Below are positions 5,551-6,075 of a DNA stretch of 6,075 bases, piece by piece. This stretch comes from a virus. The first letter of the stretch is position 1; each line of letters opens with the position of its first letter. The notes under the pieces were generated by a model. The model searched no databases. It saw nothing but the letters and a program-made list of their open reading frames with translations, and was not told the origin of the DNA. The DNA is taken from the IMG/VR virus record IMGVR_UViG_3300020040_000014, positions 1 through 6,075 of that record. One strand, 5' to 3'. A program made the position numbers and the translations under genes.

Positions 5551-6075
5551 ATGTGTCTGTACAGCAGAATAGGAGCGAACCCTCACTACTTGCCAAATCG
5601 GAAAAACGGCGGCTTTGTGCCTGAAGCGCCGGACGCACGCGTAAAAGCTGTGCCGTTCGGATGCGGAAAATGCATAGAATGTCGACAAAAAAAAGCGCGC
5701 GAGTGGCAAGTGCGGCTACACGAAGAATTAAAAGATGATGCGCGGGCGCTCTTTATGACAATGACCTTTAGCGACGAAGCACTCGATAAACTGGAAAAAG
5801 AATGCAAAACTGAAGACCCGAACGAGATAGCGACCCGAGCTGTCAAGTTATTCGGAAAACGCTGGATTAAAAAGTACAACGAATCTATAAAACATTGGCT
5901 CGTCACAGAATTAGGCCACGGAAAAAGAGCAGAGTTTCACAAAAGCACAGAAAGGCTACATTTACATGGCTTCCTCTGGACGACAAAGAATGCCTCAGAA
6001 ATCGAGGAAACATGGGGATACGGATGGGTAGATACGGGTGAATACGTAAACGACAGATCAGTAGGTTACTGCGTA
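5551..6075 (+). CDS. VP4: Replication initiator protein (VP4-like), N-terminal portion. It is cut by the window end and continues at 122..535. 5955..6075 duplicates 1..121.
   Basis: I translated this by hand: MCLYSRIGANPHYLPNRKNGGFVPEAPDARVKAVPFGCGKCIECRQKKAREWQVRLHEELKDDARALFMTMTFSDE...STERLHLHGFLW. ATG 5551 is the first start codon after the in-frame TAA at 5368..5370, and there is no in-frame ATG, GTG or TTG between them. The CxxCxxC cluster is at 5662..5682, rolling-circle motif I (FMTMTF) at 5752..5769 and the HUH motif at 5959..5967. Confidence 0.92.
   Translation, partial: MCLYSRIGANPHYLPNRKNGGFVPEAPDARVKAVPFGCGKCIECRQKKAREWQVRLHEELKDDARALFMTMTFSDEALDKLEKECKTEDPNEIATRAVKLFGKRWIKKYNESIKHWLVTELGHGKRAEFHKSTERLHLHGFLWTTKNASEIEETWGYGWVDTGEYVNDRSVGYCV
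5955..6075. repeat. Terminal redundancy, copy 2, identical to 1..121.
   Basis: This is an exact 121-nt match to the window start. Confidence 0.95.

Noticed and set aside
984-5906. All fifteen minus-strand ORFs in the track (for example 1179..1556, 3615..4031, 4392..4766, 4429..4896 and 5586..5906).
   Set aside because: Each lies antisense to a confidently assigned + strand gene. Their products are low-complexity, Cys/Phe/Ser/Arg-rich mirror-frame translations. Microviridae genomes are transcribed from one strand only. The GC-rich VP2 region naturally lacks stops on the opposite strand.
1-6075. A search for tRNA, rRNA, CRISPR repeats, an integrase or att sites, transposase genes, toxin-antitoxin pairs and defence genes.
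   Set aside because: I saw no cloverleaf-capable segments and no regularly spaced repeats. There is no ORF large enough, or with motifs, for an integrase or transposase. The whole coding capacity is accounted for by the microvirus core genes plus small ORFs.

Overview
The window is one complete circular ssDNA phage genome of the family Microviridae, written linearly with a terminal overlap. Bases 1..121 are identical to 5955..6075, so the unit genome is 5954 nt. All credible genes are on the + strand. The rolling-circle replication initiator (VP4-like) starts at ATG 5551, reads in frame through the junction and stops at 535 (312 aa after circularisation). The ORF track misses its N-terminal half because no stop is reached before the window ends. 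After it come four small unassigned ORFs (574..1368), the major capsid protein (VP1/F-like, 1375..3366), a 64-aa helical ORF, a 112-aa ORF in the scaffold position, and the Gly-rich DNA pilot protein (VP2/H-like, 4126..5280). A 270-nt GC-rich, hairpin-dense non-coding region (5281..5550) closes the circle. The large capsid protein, the absence of Shine-Dalgarno motifs and one perfect Bacteroides-type promoter suggest a Bacteroidota-infecting, Alpavirinae-like lineage, but this needs a database check. The points most worth follow-up are an out-of-frame overlapping small membrane/lipoprotein ORF (a lysis or exclusion candidate), GTG-started stop-start coupled small ORFs, two related GCAA-loop hairpins, and the structured GC-rich intergenic region, which may hold the complementary-strand origin. 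I saw no tRNA, rRNA, CRISPR array, integrase or transposase.
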